64,000 bases of DNA, from NCBI GenBank assembly GCA_049322955.1, contig JBMOPU010000033.1, forward strand, positions 64,784 through 128,783, in the 5' to 3' direction. Source of the stretch: Patescibacteria group bacterium (lineage in GTDB: Bacteria > Patescibacteriota > Microgenomatia > UBA10105 > UBA927). The position numbers and the translations under genes are program-made. The notes under the pieces are model-generated. The model saw nothing but the letters and a program-made list of their open reading frames with translations, had not been told where the DNA came from and did no database searches. Below are positions 54,835 through 64,000 of the stretch, one piece after another; positions within the stretch are counted from its first letter, which is position 1, and each line of letters starts with the position of its first letter.

Positions 54835-55476
54835 ATGAAACGGTCCTATATATGGGTAGCAATCGCCGGATTGGTTCTTGTTGCGATAGCAATCTATTTA
54901 CGACTTTTCAAACCAAACACTATGAACCGAAATACCTCCGATTCGACGCCGACCGTACAGCCCGATGCGCGACCTATGCCGCCTTCAATGTCCATTGATG
55001 TGAACAAACGATATACCGCCACCCTGAAAACGACGGCCGGTGATATCGTCATAGAACTTTTCGCAAAAGAAACGCCGAATACCGTTAACAATTTTGTATA
55101 CCTTGCACGGAAAGGTTTTTATAACGGGACACCGTTTCATCGTGTGATTCCGTCCTTTATGATCCAAGGGGGAGATCCCCGCGGCAACGGTACCGGAGGA
55201 CCCGGGTACACGTTCCCCGACGAACCGTTTAGCGGGACATACGCCCGGGGAACGGTTGCCATGGCAAATGCCGGCCCGGACACCAACGGCAGTCAATTTT
55301 TTATCATGCATGCGGATTACGATTTGTCTCCCGATTATGTGATTTTCGGAAAAGTCGTCGATGGCATGTCCGCCGTTGATGCAATCGCGACCGCACCAAC
55401 CGTCCAAGACGGTCGGGAAAATTCCCGTCCCGTCACTCCAGTTACCGTCACCTCGGTCGATATCATCGAACGCTGA
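54835..55476 (+). CDS. ppi: Peptidyl-prolyl cis-trans isomerase (cyclophilin type), membrane-anchored. A TATAAT at 54817-54822 gives a ~6-nt leader.
   Basis: N-terminal TM, then FHRVIPSFMIQGGDP... GTVAMANAGPDTNGSQFFI, the cyclophilin signature. Confidence 0.85.
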   Translation: MKRSYIWVAIAGLVLVAIAIYLRLFKPNTMNRNTSDSTPTVQPDARPMPPSMSIDVNKRYTATLKTTAGDIVIELFAKETPNTVNNFVYLARKGFYNGTPFHRVIPSFMIQGGDPRGNGTGGPGYTFPDEPFSGTYARGTVAMANAGPDTNGSQFFIMHADYDLSPDYVIFGKVVDGMSAVDAIATAPTVQDGRENSRPVTPVTVTSVDIIER

Positions 55477-55553
55477 TCCCTCGCCTTTCTTCGGTATGCT
55501 ATCGTACGGCAACCCGTATTTTTGCGTGATACGATCCTCCTAAGGAGGCGCCT

Positions 55554-55952
55554 ATGAGAGGATATATCGCCAATATCGAAAAGCTGACGCTTGCAAACAA
55601 CAACTTCCGCACCGTGCTGTACACTGCTTCACATTGCCAACTGGTCGTGATGACCATCCCTCCCGGAAGCGACATCGGGGAAGAAGTCCATGAGGAAAAC
55701 GATCAGTTTTTTCGCGTTGAAAAGGGAACCGGTCAAGTCGTCATCGACGGGGTGACCCATGAAATTTCTGACGGCATGGCGATCGTCGTTCCCGCGGGGG
55801 CAACGCATAATCTCGTCAATACGTCCCCGACAGAGTCATTACGCCTCTATACGCTGTACAGTCCGCCGCATCATGTAGATGCCATTGTTCATCGGACGAA
55901 GGAAGAAGCGCAAAAAGACGACGAAGCATACGACGGCATCACCACGGAGTAA
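55554..55952 (+). CDS. Cupin-domain protein (cupin_2), with Shine-Dalgarno aaggagg upstream
   Basis: The His/Glu cupin motifs lie in GEEVHEENDQFFRVEKGTGQVVIDG...IVVPAGATHNLVN. Confidence 0.55.
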   Translation: MRGYIANIEKLTLANNNFRTVLYTASHCQLVVMTIPPGSDIGEEVHEENDQFFRVEKGTGQVVIDGVTHEISDGMAIVVPAGATHNLVNTSPTESLRLYTLYSPPHHVDAIVHRTKEEAQKDDEAYDGITTE

Positions 55953-55958
55953 TCGCCG

Positions 55959-56345
55959 TTACGATTTTTTCTGTTCTTTCTGGATGGTTTTCCAGTGATA
56001 GAGGTACAGCGGCAGTCCCACGGCAATCATGGCAACGGCTCCCGACAGTTCCCGCTGACGGTTTCGCGTTTGTTCGCGTGCCGCCTGTTCCTTCATAGCC
56101 TGTTCATTTTCCGGTGCCGGTTCTCCGGGGAGCTTGGGGGAGACGTATTCATACCGATCCGCTTCCGGAAACACAAACACTTTTAGTCCCAGGTCGATGA
56201 GACGAACAGAACCGATAACCACAGTGAGGAGGCCGACAAAAGAGAACAGATACAGATAGATAAATCGGATATTGAGCTTCATGATATTCATCATACCATA
56301 GTGAAACGATGTCGGCTGATGTCGGGTGATATATACTAACCTCAT
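55959..56345 (-). CDS. Small two-TM membrane protein
   Basis: ORF with two hydrophobic helices. The start is uncertain. Confidence 0.3.
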   Translation of the reverse strand: MRLVYITRHQPTSFHYGMMNIMKLNIRFIYLYLFSFVGLLTVVIGSVRLIDLGLKVFVFPEADRYEYVSPKLPGEPAPENEQAMKEQAAREQTRNRQRELSGAVAMIAVGLPLYLYHWKTIQKEQKKS

Positions 56346-57102
56346 GCAACACGTGGCAACGCGGAAATATTCGCCCCAAAGTCATGAGCCGTTTAAACTA
56401 AGCCGTACCAAACTGGATTTATTCCGTGAGTGTCCGCGGTGCTTCTATCTTGATCGGCGGTTGGGAGTTTCCCGTCCCAGCATGCCGGGATTTTCGTTAA
56501 ACTCGGCAGTTGATCACTTGCTCAAAAAAGAATTTGATCTGTTGCGGGAACAGGGAAAACGACATGAAATCATGAAGCAATACGGAGTTGATGCCACGCC
56601 GTTTGTGCACCCCGAGCTTGCCGCATGGCGCGAAAATTTCATCGGCAAACAAGTGCTTCATAAGAAAACCAATTTCATCGTATTTGGAGCGGTTGATGAT
56701 ATATGGGTGAACCCCGATGGAGAACTTATCATCGTTGATTACAAGTCAACGTCAACGGAAAAAGAACTGTCACTCGAAGATCAGTGGAAGACTGGATACA
56801 AACGGCAGCTGGAAGTGTACCAATGGTTGTTCCGGGAAAGCGGGTTTGCGGTGAGTAACACGTCCTATATCGTGTATGCAAACGCGCTAAAGAGTCCCCG
56901 TCAGTTTGACGGACGATTGGAATTTACGCTTTCACTGCTTGCCCACAAAGGAGATACCAAGTGGATTGAGCCGATGCTTATTGCGATAAAAACCTGTCTT
57001 GACGGTGACGGATTGCCTCCCGCACAAGATGCCTGTGAATACTGCGCGTACCGCACTCGTGCGGGAGCTCATGAAACGGTACAAGGACAACTCTTACTGT
57101 GA
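56344..57102 (+). CDS. PD-(D/E)XK nuclease of the Cas4/RecB-like family with four Cys (putative Fe-S cluster). It is an orphan, with no CRISPR or cas neighbours.
   Basis: N-terminal ECPRCFY, the core GAVDDIWVNPDGELIIVDYKST (D...DYK), a QLEVYQ (Q..Y) motif, and C-terminal ACEYCAY. Confidence 0.55.
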   Translation: MQHVATRKYSPQSHEPFKLSRTKLDLFRECPRCFYLDRRLGVSRPSMPGFSLNSAVDHLLKKEFDLLREQGKRHEIMKQYGVDATPFVHPELAAWRENFIGKQVLHKKTNFIVFGAVDDIWVNPDGELIIVDYKSTSTEKELSLEDQWKTGYKRQLEVYQWLFRESGFAVSNTSYIVYANALKSPRQFDGRLEFTLSLLAHKGDTKWIEPMLIAIKTCLDGDGLPPAQDACEYCAYRTRAGAHETVQGQLLL

Positions 57103-57114
57103 TATCGTATATTC

Positions 57115-57630
57115 ATGAAGCGAAAAAAATCAGTGCGATCCTCATCCGATTCCCGAGCGTTTCAATGGAGGTCATTACTCTTTTGGATCACACTGTGTGA
57201 ACTGGCGGGGATAGCGGGATCCGTTTTTACCGTGTCCGCAATTCCTACGTGGTATGCAACCCTCAACCGTCCGTCCTTTAGTCCGCCGAATTGGTTGTTC
57301 GGACCCGTTTGGGTGATCTTATATATGTTGATGGGTATTGCGATAGCGTTGGTTCGTCAGCACACCGCCATGAAAAACCGGGTGCAAAAAGCGACCCAAC
57401 TTTTTCTCGTGCACCTTGCCGCCAACGCGTTGTGGTCGCCGATTTTTTTCGGCACAAAAAATATTCCGCTTTCCTTTGTCGTCATCGGATTTGTTTGGGT
57501 AAGTCTTATCCTTCTTATTTTCCGTTTTTATGAAATCGAGAAAAAAAGCGCCTACCTTTTGCTTCCGTATCTTGCGTGGATATCGTTTGCCACCGTACTC
57601 AATTATAATATTTGGTTATTAAACCCCTGA
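57115..57630 (+). CDS. tspO: TspO/MBR tryptophan-rich sensory protein
   Basis: Five TMs. WYATLNRPSFSPPNWLFGPVWVILYMLMGIA matches the TspO consensus. Confidence 0.8.
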   Translation: MKRKKSVRSSSDSRAFQWRSLLFWITLCELAGIAGSVFTVSAIPTWYATLNRPSFSPPNWLFGPVWVILYMLMGIAIALVRQHTAMKNRVQKATQLFLVHLAANALWSPIFFGTKNIPLSFVVIGFVWVSLILLIFRFYEIEKKSAYLLLPYLAWISFATVLNYNIWLLNP

Positions 57631-57632
57631 CG

Positions 57633-58088
57633 TCAGATCAGGGTGGTGAGGATTGCCCCCATCACAAGGAAGGATACAAGCTGATACCCGCTGTTTATAA
57701 GAAATAGTCCCCAGGGCATCTCGGCAAAAAGGACGCTTGTCAGCATCGTGGTGGTGACAAAACCCAACCATATCACACCGGAAACCATGAGTCCCTCACC
57801 GACATCCATCACCAGTGTCGCGTTGAGAAGTACTGCGAGTGCATAGGCGGTAACAAGAGTTGCAAGAAACGATATGCCGTATGTTTTTGGCAGGGAGTTT
57901 TTGGTTTTTTTCAGTTTTTTCTCATCGATCTTTGCATATTTCATCCAGGGTTTTCCAAACAACACCGGGGAATACCAGACAAATCCCGTTACCATACTGG
58001 CAAGTGCGGCAATAAGCACGGCGACATAATTGACGGAGAGGTAAAACATAGTCCAAGTATTCCTTTCTGTTTCCAGTATTTCGCACAA
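57633..58088 (-). CDS. Membrane protein (four TM segments), function unknown
   Basis: The hydropathy pattern alone supports a membrane protein. Confidence 0.35.
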   Translation of the reverse strand: MCEILETERNTWTMFYLSVNYVAVLIAALASMVTGFVWYSPVLFGKPWMKYAKIDEKKLKKTKNSLPKTYGISFLATLVTAYALAVLLNATLVMDVGEGLMVSGVIWLGFVTTTMLTSVLFAEMPWGLFLINSGYQLVSFLVMGAILTTLI

Positions 58089-58179
58089 GGGGTGTATGAG
58101 TCAACATAGGGCGCTACTCCGTGCTTGACAAAGAAAAAATGCGCGATATAATAATGGTTACTTGAATAGCCTTAAGGAG

Positions 58180-58206
58180 GCGAACGTTCATTGTTCGCTT
58201 CTTTTT
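58180..58206 (+). promoter_or_regulatory. rpoB upstream leader element: hairpin gcgaac-N7-gttcgc followed by TTCTTTTT. It is preceded by a TATAAT (58146-58151) and an aaggagg box, and followed by a TATAAA box at 58222. This is an attenuator-like arrangement.
   Basis: Read directly from the sequence. A possible 28-codon TTG-initiated uORF (58191-58283) overlaps the rpoB start. Confidence 0.3.
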
Positions 58207-58254
58207 GTCGTTCTTTACAACAGTATAAATCGATCTTATTAAAAGCATTACGTA

Positions 58255-61200
58255 ATGGCATCCAAACCTTCCATTTATAAGCGAGAAACCTGGGGCACCG
58301 AATACCCCGATCTTCCGAAGTTAGACCTTACGTTAGTCCAACGCGAATCCTATCAATGGTTTTTGGAACACGGCATTAAAGAACTCCTCGACGAAGTAAC
58401 TCCCATGACCGATTTTACCGGCAAGAACTGGGAACTCGGTTTCGGCGACTATTATTTCGGACGACCGCGACTTACCCCCGAAATCGCACAGCAAAAAGGT
58501 CTCACCTTCGACATGCCGCTCAAAGTAAAAGCAACCCTCACCAACAAGCAAACCGGACATCAGCTCACCCAGGAAGTATTTTTGGGTGATATCCCGGCCA
58601 TGACGGAACGCGGTACCTTTGTGATCAACGGTATCGAGCGATGCGTGGTAAATCAGCTGGTCCGTTCGCCGGGTATTTATTTGACGGGAGAAGTCGATCC
58701 TTCGACCGGACGTACATTATATAGTGCCGAGATCCGACCGATGCACGGCAGTTGGCTTGAATTTTTCGTAACCCGAAATGACGTATTGATGGTGAGAATC
58801 GACCGACGACGAAAATTTGTCGCTTCCACGTTCCTTCGCGCGGTGGGGTTCTCCTCCAACGAAGAAATCGAACGGCTTTTTGCCGATGTGGACGTCAACC
58901 CCGATCACCAATTTACCAAAGCAACCCTTGCCAAAGACACGACGACTGACAGTAATGAAGCCGTCCTTGAGCTCTATCGCAAGCTTCGTCCGGGGGAGCC
59001 GATTGTTTTGGATAACGCGCAGGAATTGCTTCGCACCATGTTCTTTGACTATCGTCGCTACTCCTTGGAGCGGGTAGGTCGATACAAGATGAATAAGAAG
59101 TTAAATCTTGACGTTCCCAACAACAAAGAAAATTGGGTGCTGACCCGCGACGACATCGTCGGCGGTATCCGCTACCTTATCAACCTTACCAACGGCAAAG
59201 GCGATGTCGATGACATTGACCATTTGGGAAATCGCCGTGTTCGACGGGTTGGAGAATTGGTTGCCACCAATGCATTTCGCGTCGGCATCCTGCGCCTTGA
59301 GCGGTCTATCCGCGAAAAAATGAGTTTGGCAGGTCCCAATGCGGAAGATTTGACTCCGACGCATTTGGTGAACGCCAGACCGATCATTGCGTCTATCAAT
59401 GATTTCTTCCGAACAAGCCAACTTTCCACGATCTTGGATCAGACGAATCCTTTGGCCGAAATCGATAACCTTCGCCGTTTGACCGTTATGGGTGTCGGCG
59501 GTATATCACGAGAGCGCGCAAGTTTCTCTATCCGTGACATCAATGCATCACAATACGGTCGTGTTGATCCGGTTCGTAGCCCTGAAGGTCCGAACATCGG
59601 TCTTGTCACCTACATGGCGCTGTACTCACGCGTCAATGAATACGGATTCTTAGAAACACCGTACCGCAAGGTGGAGAAAGTCATGCACGGCGACAAAGCC
59701 AAAGTTCGGGCAACCGACGAAATCGTCTATCTCGATGCGAACGACGAAATGTATCACTACATTACGCATGCGGAACTTCCCAAGGACAAAGACGGATTCA
59801 TCAGTGCGGATCGCGTGCCGGTTCGCTACAAGGGTGAATTCTTGGAAACCGACGCATCACTTATCGAATACATCGATATCGTGCCGCGCCAGGTGGTCGG
59901 TGCACCCGCATCGCTTATTCCGTTCCTTGCCCATGACGAAGCAAACCGTGCCCTTATGGGAACGCACATGCAATGTCAGGCGGTTCCGCTTCTGATCCCG
60001 CAATCTCCGGTGGTGGGAACGGGTATGGAAGGTGCAGTCGTCGAATCCATGGGACGGTTAGTGCGCGCCACCGATGAGGGAGAAGTTATCTATTCGGACG
60101 CGGGACTTATCAAAGTGAAATACAAGAACGGCGATATCACCTCCTATGAACCGCAGAAATTTAAGCGCACCTCACAGTCGACCTGCTACAACCAACGGGT
60201 GTTGGTAAATCTCGGTGACAAAGTGCAAAAGGGTGACGTATTAATCGAAGCTCCCGCATCAGAAAACGGCGAATTGGCATTGGGTTCCAACCTTACCATC
60301 GCCTACATGAGTTACGAAGGATTGGGTTATGAAGACGCCATCGTCATTTCCAACAGATTGGTTCGCGAGGACTTACTGACTTCGGTTCACATCGAAGAGC
60401 ATGAATGCAGTGTCGTCGATACCAAGCTCGGGCCGGAAGAAACGACCCGCGACATTCCTAATGTCGGCGAAGAAGCACTGAGAAATCTTGATGAAAACGG
60501 TGTGGTTGTCGTAGGAGCCGATGTCGGTCCCAATGATATATTGGTCGGAAAAATCGCTCCGAAAGGTGAAACGGAACTTACCGCCGAAGAACGGTTGCTT
60601 CGTGCAATCTTCGGAGAAAAGGCCCGTGAAGTACGTGACACGTCGCTTCGCCTTCCGCATGGAGAACGCGGCACGGTTATCGATGTCGTTACCCTTGATA
60701 AGGAAAAAGGTGACGAATTAGAGCCGGGTACGAATCGCAAAATTATCGTTAAAATCGCCCAAATGCGTAAAGTCGTGGTCGGAGACAAACTTGCCGGACG
60801 ACACGGAAACAAAGGCGTTATCTCAAAGATTGTACCCCAGTCGGACATGCCGTACATGGCGGACGGCACCGTAGTTGACATTATTATCTCACCGCTTTCC
60901 GTATTGAGCCGTATGAACCTCGGGCAATTATTGGAATCGCATCTCGGTCTTGCGATGAGCAAGATGAACGTCAAAGTCGGCCTTCCGGTATTTGAACACG
61001 TTTCCGAGGACCGCATGACGGAACAAATGAAAAAGTCAGGGCTGTCGTTGAGCGGCAAGAGTACCTTATATGACGGGAAGACCGGAGAGCCGTATAAGGA
61101 ACCGATCGTTGTTGGTATCGGGTACATCATGAAGCTTATCCACATGGTCGAAGACAAGACGCACGCACGAAGTACCGGTCCGTACTCATTGGTCACCCAG

Positions 61201-61629
61201 CAACCGCTTGGCGGAAAAGCACAAATGGGAGGACAACGTTTGGGAGAAATGGAAGTCTGGGCACTGGAATCGCACCGAGCGGCACATATTTTGCAGGAAA
61301 TGTTGACAATCAAATCCGACGATGTGGTAGGACGCGCCAAGGCATTCGAGGCGATCGTCAAAGGCACCGATATCCCGGCCTCCACCGTTCCGGAATCGTT
61401 CAAAGTGTTAGTCAAAGAATTGCAGGCGTTGGGTCTTAACGTTATCCCGACCGGTGTCGTTACCGCAAAACCCGCGGTAATTACCGACGCGGCAAAGGAA
61501 GAAGTGGTTGCCAAAGTCGCCAAAGAACTTGCTGAAGTAAGCGGCGAAGAAACGGTATCCGATGAGGTTAAAGAAGATCGCGGAACAGAAACACCGGTAG
61601 AACCGAATGAAGGAGAAAACAATGGATAA
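58255..61629 (+). CDS. rpoB: DNA-directed RNA polymerase subunit beta
   Basis: 1124 aa with conserved RpoB blocks throughout, for example ...GFEVRDVHPSHYGR-like region [21 protein letters not shown], and near the C-terminus NMQRQAVPL-like [10 protein letters not shown] and [14 protein letters not shown]. Confidence 0.95.
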   Translation: MASKPSIYKRETWGTEYPDLPKLDLTLVQRESYQWFLEHGIKELLDEVTPMTDFTGKNWELGFGDYYFGRPRLTPEIAQQKGLTFDMPLKVKATLTNKQTGHQLTQEVFLGDIPAMTERGTFVINGIERCVVNQLVRSPGIYLTGEVDPSTGRTLYSAEIRPMHGSWLEFFVTRNDVLMVRIDRRRKFVASTFLRAVGFSSNEEIERLFADVDVNPDHQFTKATLAKDTTTDSNEAVLELYRKLRPGEPIVLDNAQELLRTMFFDYRRYSLERVGRYKMNKKLNLDVPNNKENWVLTRDDIVGGIRYLINLTNGKGDVDDIDHLGNRRVRRVGELVATNAFRVGILRLERSIREKMSLAGPNAEDLTPTHLVNARPIIASINDFFRTSQLSTILDQTNPLAEIDNLRRLTVMGVGGISRERASFSIRDINASQYGRVDPVRSPEGPNIGLVTYMALYSRVNEYGFLETPYRKVEKVMHGDKAKVRATDEIVYLDANDEMYHYITHAELPKDKDGFISADRVPVRYKGEFLETDASLIEYIDIVPRQVVGAPASLIPFLAHDEANRALMGTHMQCQAVPLLIPQSPVVGTGMEGAVVESMGRLVRATDEGEVIYSDAGLIKVKYKNGDITSYEPQKFKRTSQSTCYNQRVLVNLGDKVQKGDVLIEAPASENGELALGSNLTIAYMSYEGLGYEDAIVISNRLVREDLLTSVHIEEHECSVVDTKLGPEETTRDIPNVGEEALRNLDENGVVVVGADVGPNDILVGKIAPKGETELTAEERLLRAIFGEKAREVRDTSLRLPHGERGTVIDVVTLDKEKGDELEPGTNRKIIVKIAQMRKVVVGDKLAGRHGNKGVISKIVPQSDMPYMADGTVVDIIISPLSVLSRMNLGQLLESHLGLAMSKMNVKVGLPVFEHVSEDRMTEQMKKSGLSLSGKSTLYDGKTGEPYKEPIVVGIGYIMKLIHMVEDKTHARSTGPYSLVTQQPLGGKAQMGGQRLGEMEVWALESHRAAHILQEMLTIKSDDVVGRAKAFEAIVKGTDIPASTVPESFKVLVKELQALGLNVIPTGVVTAKPAVITDAAKEEVVAKVAKELAEVSGEETVSDEVKEDRGTETPVEPNEGENNG

Positions 61630-64000
61630 AAAAGGAAATTTCGCCAATATCGTTGACTTTACCGGATTGCTTATTAAGCTTGCCGCCCCTGATGAGGTTA
61701 AGGCATGGAGCTACGGAGAAGTTATCAAGCCTGAGACGATCAACTATCGGACCCTGAAGCCGGAAAAAGACGGACTTTTTGACGAGCGAATTTTCGGACC
61801 TACGAAAGATTGGGAATGTTACTGCGGCAAATACAAGAGAATCCGCTATCGCGGCATTGTCTGCGACAAGTGCGGTGTCGAGGTTACCCAAAGCAAAGTG
61901 CGACGCGAAAGAATGGGACATATTACGCTTGCCGCGCCGGTTGCGCACGTATGGTTCTTTAAGGGAGCACCCAGCAAACTTTCCCTGCTTTTGGATATTT
62001 CTCCGCGGGCACTTGAAGGCGTTATCTATTTTGCCCAATATCTTGTCGTCTCCGTTGATGAGGACGAAAAGAAGAAAGTATTGGCCGGTCTTGTGGAACA
62101 AGGCGAAAAGCGTATCGCGGATCTCGCGGCACGCGTTGATGCGGAAAAGGAAAAGCGCAAGAAAGAAATCTCACGGGAAAAGTCGGAGGTTGTCTCCAAC
62201 GTGCACGGCAAAGAAGCACAGGATTTGGCGACCAGTGAATTGACGCTTCGTGAGCGCCAGGAATTTGCCACGCTTGATGATCAGTTTGAGAAGGAATCCG
62301 AGAAGATCAAGCAGGTTATCGAACAAATCACCGCGATCGTCAAAAGTATCAAGCCCCGATCGACCATCACCGAGGATGAATATCTGCGGCTGTTGGACTA
62401 CGATGCCTCTTCATTCCTGAAAGTAGGCATGGGAGCAGAAGCGATGCTCGAAGTGGTCAAAAAGATTGATCTCGATAAGCTCGCCGCGGAACTTCGTGAA
62501 GAAATCCAGACATCCAGCGGACAACGCCATGTGAAGGCCACAAAGCGCCTTCGGGTTGTCGACGGCATGAGAAAATCAACCATCAATCCTACCTGGATGG
62601 TCATGCACACGCTTCCGGTGTTGCCTCCGGATCTGCGCCCTATGGTACAGCTTACCGGCGGACGGTTTGCCACCTCTGATTTGAATGACTTATACCGACG
62701 GGTGATTAACCGCAACAATCGGTTGAAGCACCTTATGGATTTGGGAGCGCCCGAGATCATTCTCCGGAATGAAAAACGCATGTTGCAGGAAGCGGTTGAC
62801 AGTCTTATCGACGCGACACAACGACCGTCTTCACGCACCGTTATCCAGCCGCTTCGCAGTCTTTCCGACATGCTTCGCGGCAAACAGGGACGATTCCGCC
62901 AGAATTTGCTCGGAAAACGCGTCGATTACTCAGGTCGTTCCGTTATCGTGGTCGGTCCTGAACTCAAACTCAATCAATGCGGACTTCCCAAGGAAATGGC
63001 ACTCGAGATGTTCAAGCCGTTTGTACTCCGTGAACTTATCGTTCGGGGAATTGCTCCCAACGTCAAAAACGCAAAGAATGTCTTGGAACGCCGAACGCCC
63101 GAAGTCTATGACATCTTAGAAGAAATTACCAAGAATCATCCGGTCATGTTGAACCGTGCGCCTACCTTGCACAAGCTCGGGTTCCAGGCATTTTATCCGG
63201 TCCTGATCGAAGGTGCGGCTATCCGCATCCACCCCTGTGTGTGCGCAGGCTACAATGCAGACTTCGACGGAGACCAGATGGCCGTACACATTCCGCTTTC
63301 CGCTTCTTCACAACAGGAAGCGATTGCGCTCATGTTGCCGACCCACAACTTGCTCAAGCCGGCCGACGGATCACCGATCACCGTGCCGAACAAGGAAATG
63401 GTTATCGGGTGCTACTATCTGACCACCATGAACGCCGCCGATATGAACGTGGATGAAACGACGTTGCATGCCTATGCGGATGCCGCCGAAGCCATCTATG
63501 CGTATCAGTCAGGGAAAATCGGACTCCGCAGTCCGTTGAGACTGCCGATTGACGGCAAGTTGACCGTTACGACCGTCGGAAAGATCATGTTCAACGAAGT
63601 GCTTCCCGAAGGACTTCGCTACATCAACACGCCGGTAAAGGCCGCAACCATTAAACAGCTTATTACCAAAGCATTCGGCATGTATCCTAAGGAATCCGTC
63701 ACGGAGCTTATCGATGCCATCAAAAACATCGGATTCTTCGGTGCGACCCTTTGCGGAGGATTATCGGTATCAGTCTTTGATAACCAATCAATTGAAGAAA
63801 AGAACGACATCATCGGTGAAGCAGACGCAAAAGTAAAGGAAATCGACCAAAACTTCCAGATGGGATTAATCACCCTCGAAGAAAAGAAGCGACTTTCCAA
63901 CGAAGTCTGGATCGAAGTCACCGAACGCATTGCCGATCTTACTTGGGAACGCCTTGATGCGGATAATCCGGTCAAAATGATTATCGATTCCGGAGGAGCT
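61622..64000 (+). CDS. rpoC: DNA-directed RNA polymerase subunit beta' (5' partial, continues beyond the window). The start ATG overlaps the rpoB stop (ATGGATAA).
   Basis: [34 protein letters not shown].. Zn-finger [33 protein letters not shown] catalytic loop at about 63250. There is no stop codon before 64000. Confidence 0.9.
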   Translation, partial: MDKKGNFANIVDFTGLLIKLAAPDEVKAWSYGEVIKPETINYRTLKPEKDGLFDERIFGPTKDWECYCGKYKRIRYRGIVCDKCGVEVTQSKVRRERMGHITLAAPVAHVWFFKGAPSKLSLLLDISPRALEGVIYFAQYLVVSVDEDEKKKVLAGLVEQGEKRIADLAARVDAEKEKRKKEISREKSEVVSNVHGKEAQDLATSELTLRERQEFATLDDQFEKESEKIKQVIEQITAIVKSIKPRSTITEDEYLRLLDYDASSFLKVGMGAEAMLEVVKKIDLDKLAAELREEIQTSSGQRHVKATKRLRVVDGMRKSTINPTWMVMHTLPVLPPDLRPMVQLTGGRFATSDLNDLYRRVINRNNRLKHLMDLGAPEIILRNEKRMLQEAVDSLIDATQRPSSRTVIQPLRSLSDMLRGKQGRFRQNLLGKRVDYSGRSVIVVGPELKLNQCGLPKEMALEMFKPFVLRELIVRGIAPNVKNAKNVLERRTPEVYDILEEITKNHPVMLNRAPTLHKLGFQAFYPVLIEGAAIRIHPCVCAGYNADFDGDQMAVHIPLSASSQQEAIALMLPTHNLLKPADGSPITVPNKEMVIGCYYLTTMNAADMNVDETTLHAYADAAEAIYAYQSGKIGLRSPLRLPIDGKLTVTTVGKIMFNEVLPEGLRYINTPVKAATIKQLITKAFGMYPKESVTELIDAIKNIGFFGATLCGGLSVSVFDNQSIEEKNDIIGEADAKVKEIDQNFQMGLITLEEKKRLSNEVWIEVTERIADLTWERLDADNPVKMIIDSGGA

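Noticed and set aside
60387-61622. 411-aa minus-strand ORF
   Set aside because: It lies inside rpoB on the opposite strand with Ser/Thr-rich low-complexity composition. It is not coding.
1-64000. Search for CRISPR arrays, tRNA/tmRNA genes and IS elements
   Set aside because: No direct-repeat/spacer arrays are visible. No intergenic segment shows tRNA T-loop (GGTTCRANYC) or acceptor features. No transposase or integrase ORFs are present. Nearly all intergenic spaces longer than 70 nt are accounted for by promoters or hairpins.

Overview
This 64 kb window has about 52% GC overall and is densely packed with genes on both strands. It reads as a core housekeeping region of a small, streamlined bacterial genome; the gene content (see below) is consistent with a CPR/Patescibacteria-like organism, which is an inference. 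No rRNA, tRNA or CRISPR array was found.

Main features in order:
- Type IV pilus assembly genes pilO and pilN, then rpsT.
- murJ.
- A GH-A-clan glycoside hydrolase with a Thr-rich anchored surface protein.
- A sigma-70 promoter overlapping a CIRCE-like inverted repeat, followed by the hrcA-grpE-dnaK-dnaJ heat-shock operon.
- A sulfatase-like enzyme in a slightly GC-poor stretch.
- nusA-infB (IF2 lacks its N-terminal region).
- A DHH-family phosphoesterase with degenerate catalytic motifs.
- rpsO (with a Lys/Ala-rich N-terminal extension) and pnp.
- A stand-alone Lon-type AAA+ module with no N-domain and no protease domain.
- RNase J, ftsK and a RodZ-like protein.
- Four EamA/DMT transporter paralogs, an Ldh2-family dehydrogenase, cutA, cupins and a PKD-domain protein.
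- An alanyl-tRNA synthetase (AlaRS) lacking the C-terminal C-Ala domain.
- An 857-aa protein with a cytoplasmic domain, acidic linker, one TM and an extracellular beta-rich region, followed by a sortase.
- A thymidine/AMP phosphorylase-family enzyme and mltG.
- A DUF2207 protein with a poly-Gly tail.
- An excisionase-type HTH gene next to a perfect 10-bp inverted repeat.
- capA and bcp.
- A clearly AT-rich (about 37% GC) inserted island carrying a Dcm-type C5-cytosine methyltransferase and a restriction endonuclease.
- A pocket of uncharacterised genes: a hypothetical protein, a DUF2130 coiled-coil/nuclease-like protein convergent with a protein made of three topoisomerase-type C4 zinc ribbons, DUF4112, and a Cas4/RecB-like PD-(D/E)XK nuclease with four Cys.
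- tspO, and rpoB followed by the 5' part of rpoC.

A recurring pattern is (extended) -10 boxes 7-12 nt upstream of start codons, implying leaderless or near-leaderless mRNAs for rpsT, murJ, hrcA, alaS, bcp and others, while some genes such as dnaK, nusA and RNase J keep clear Shine-Dalgarno leaders.

The candidates most worth a second look for a new system are: the DUF2130 / triple-zinc-ribbon convergent pair; the actin-like/TM/extracellular protein with sortase, possibly linked to the pilN/pilO genes that lack a neighbouring pilM; the stand-alone Lon AAA+ module; and the hypothetical gene flanking the R-M island.
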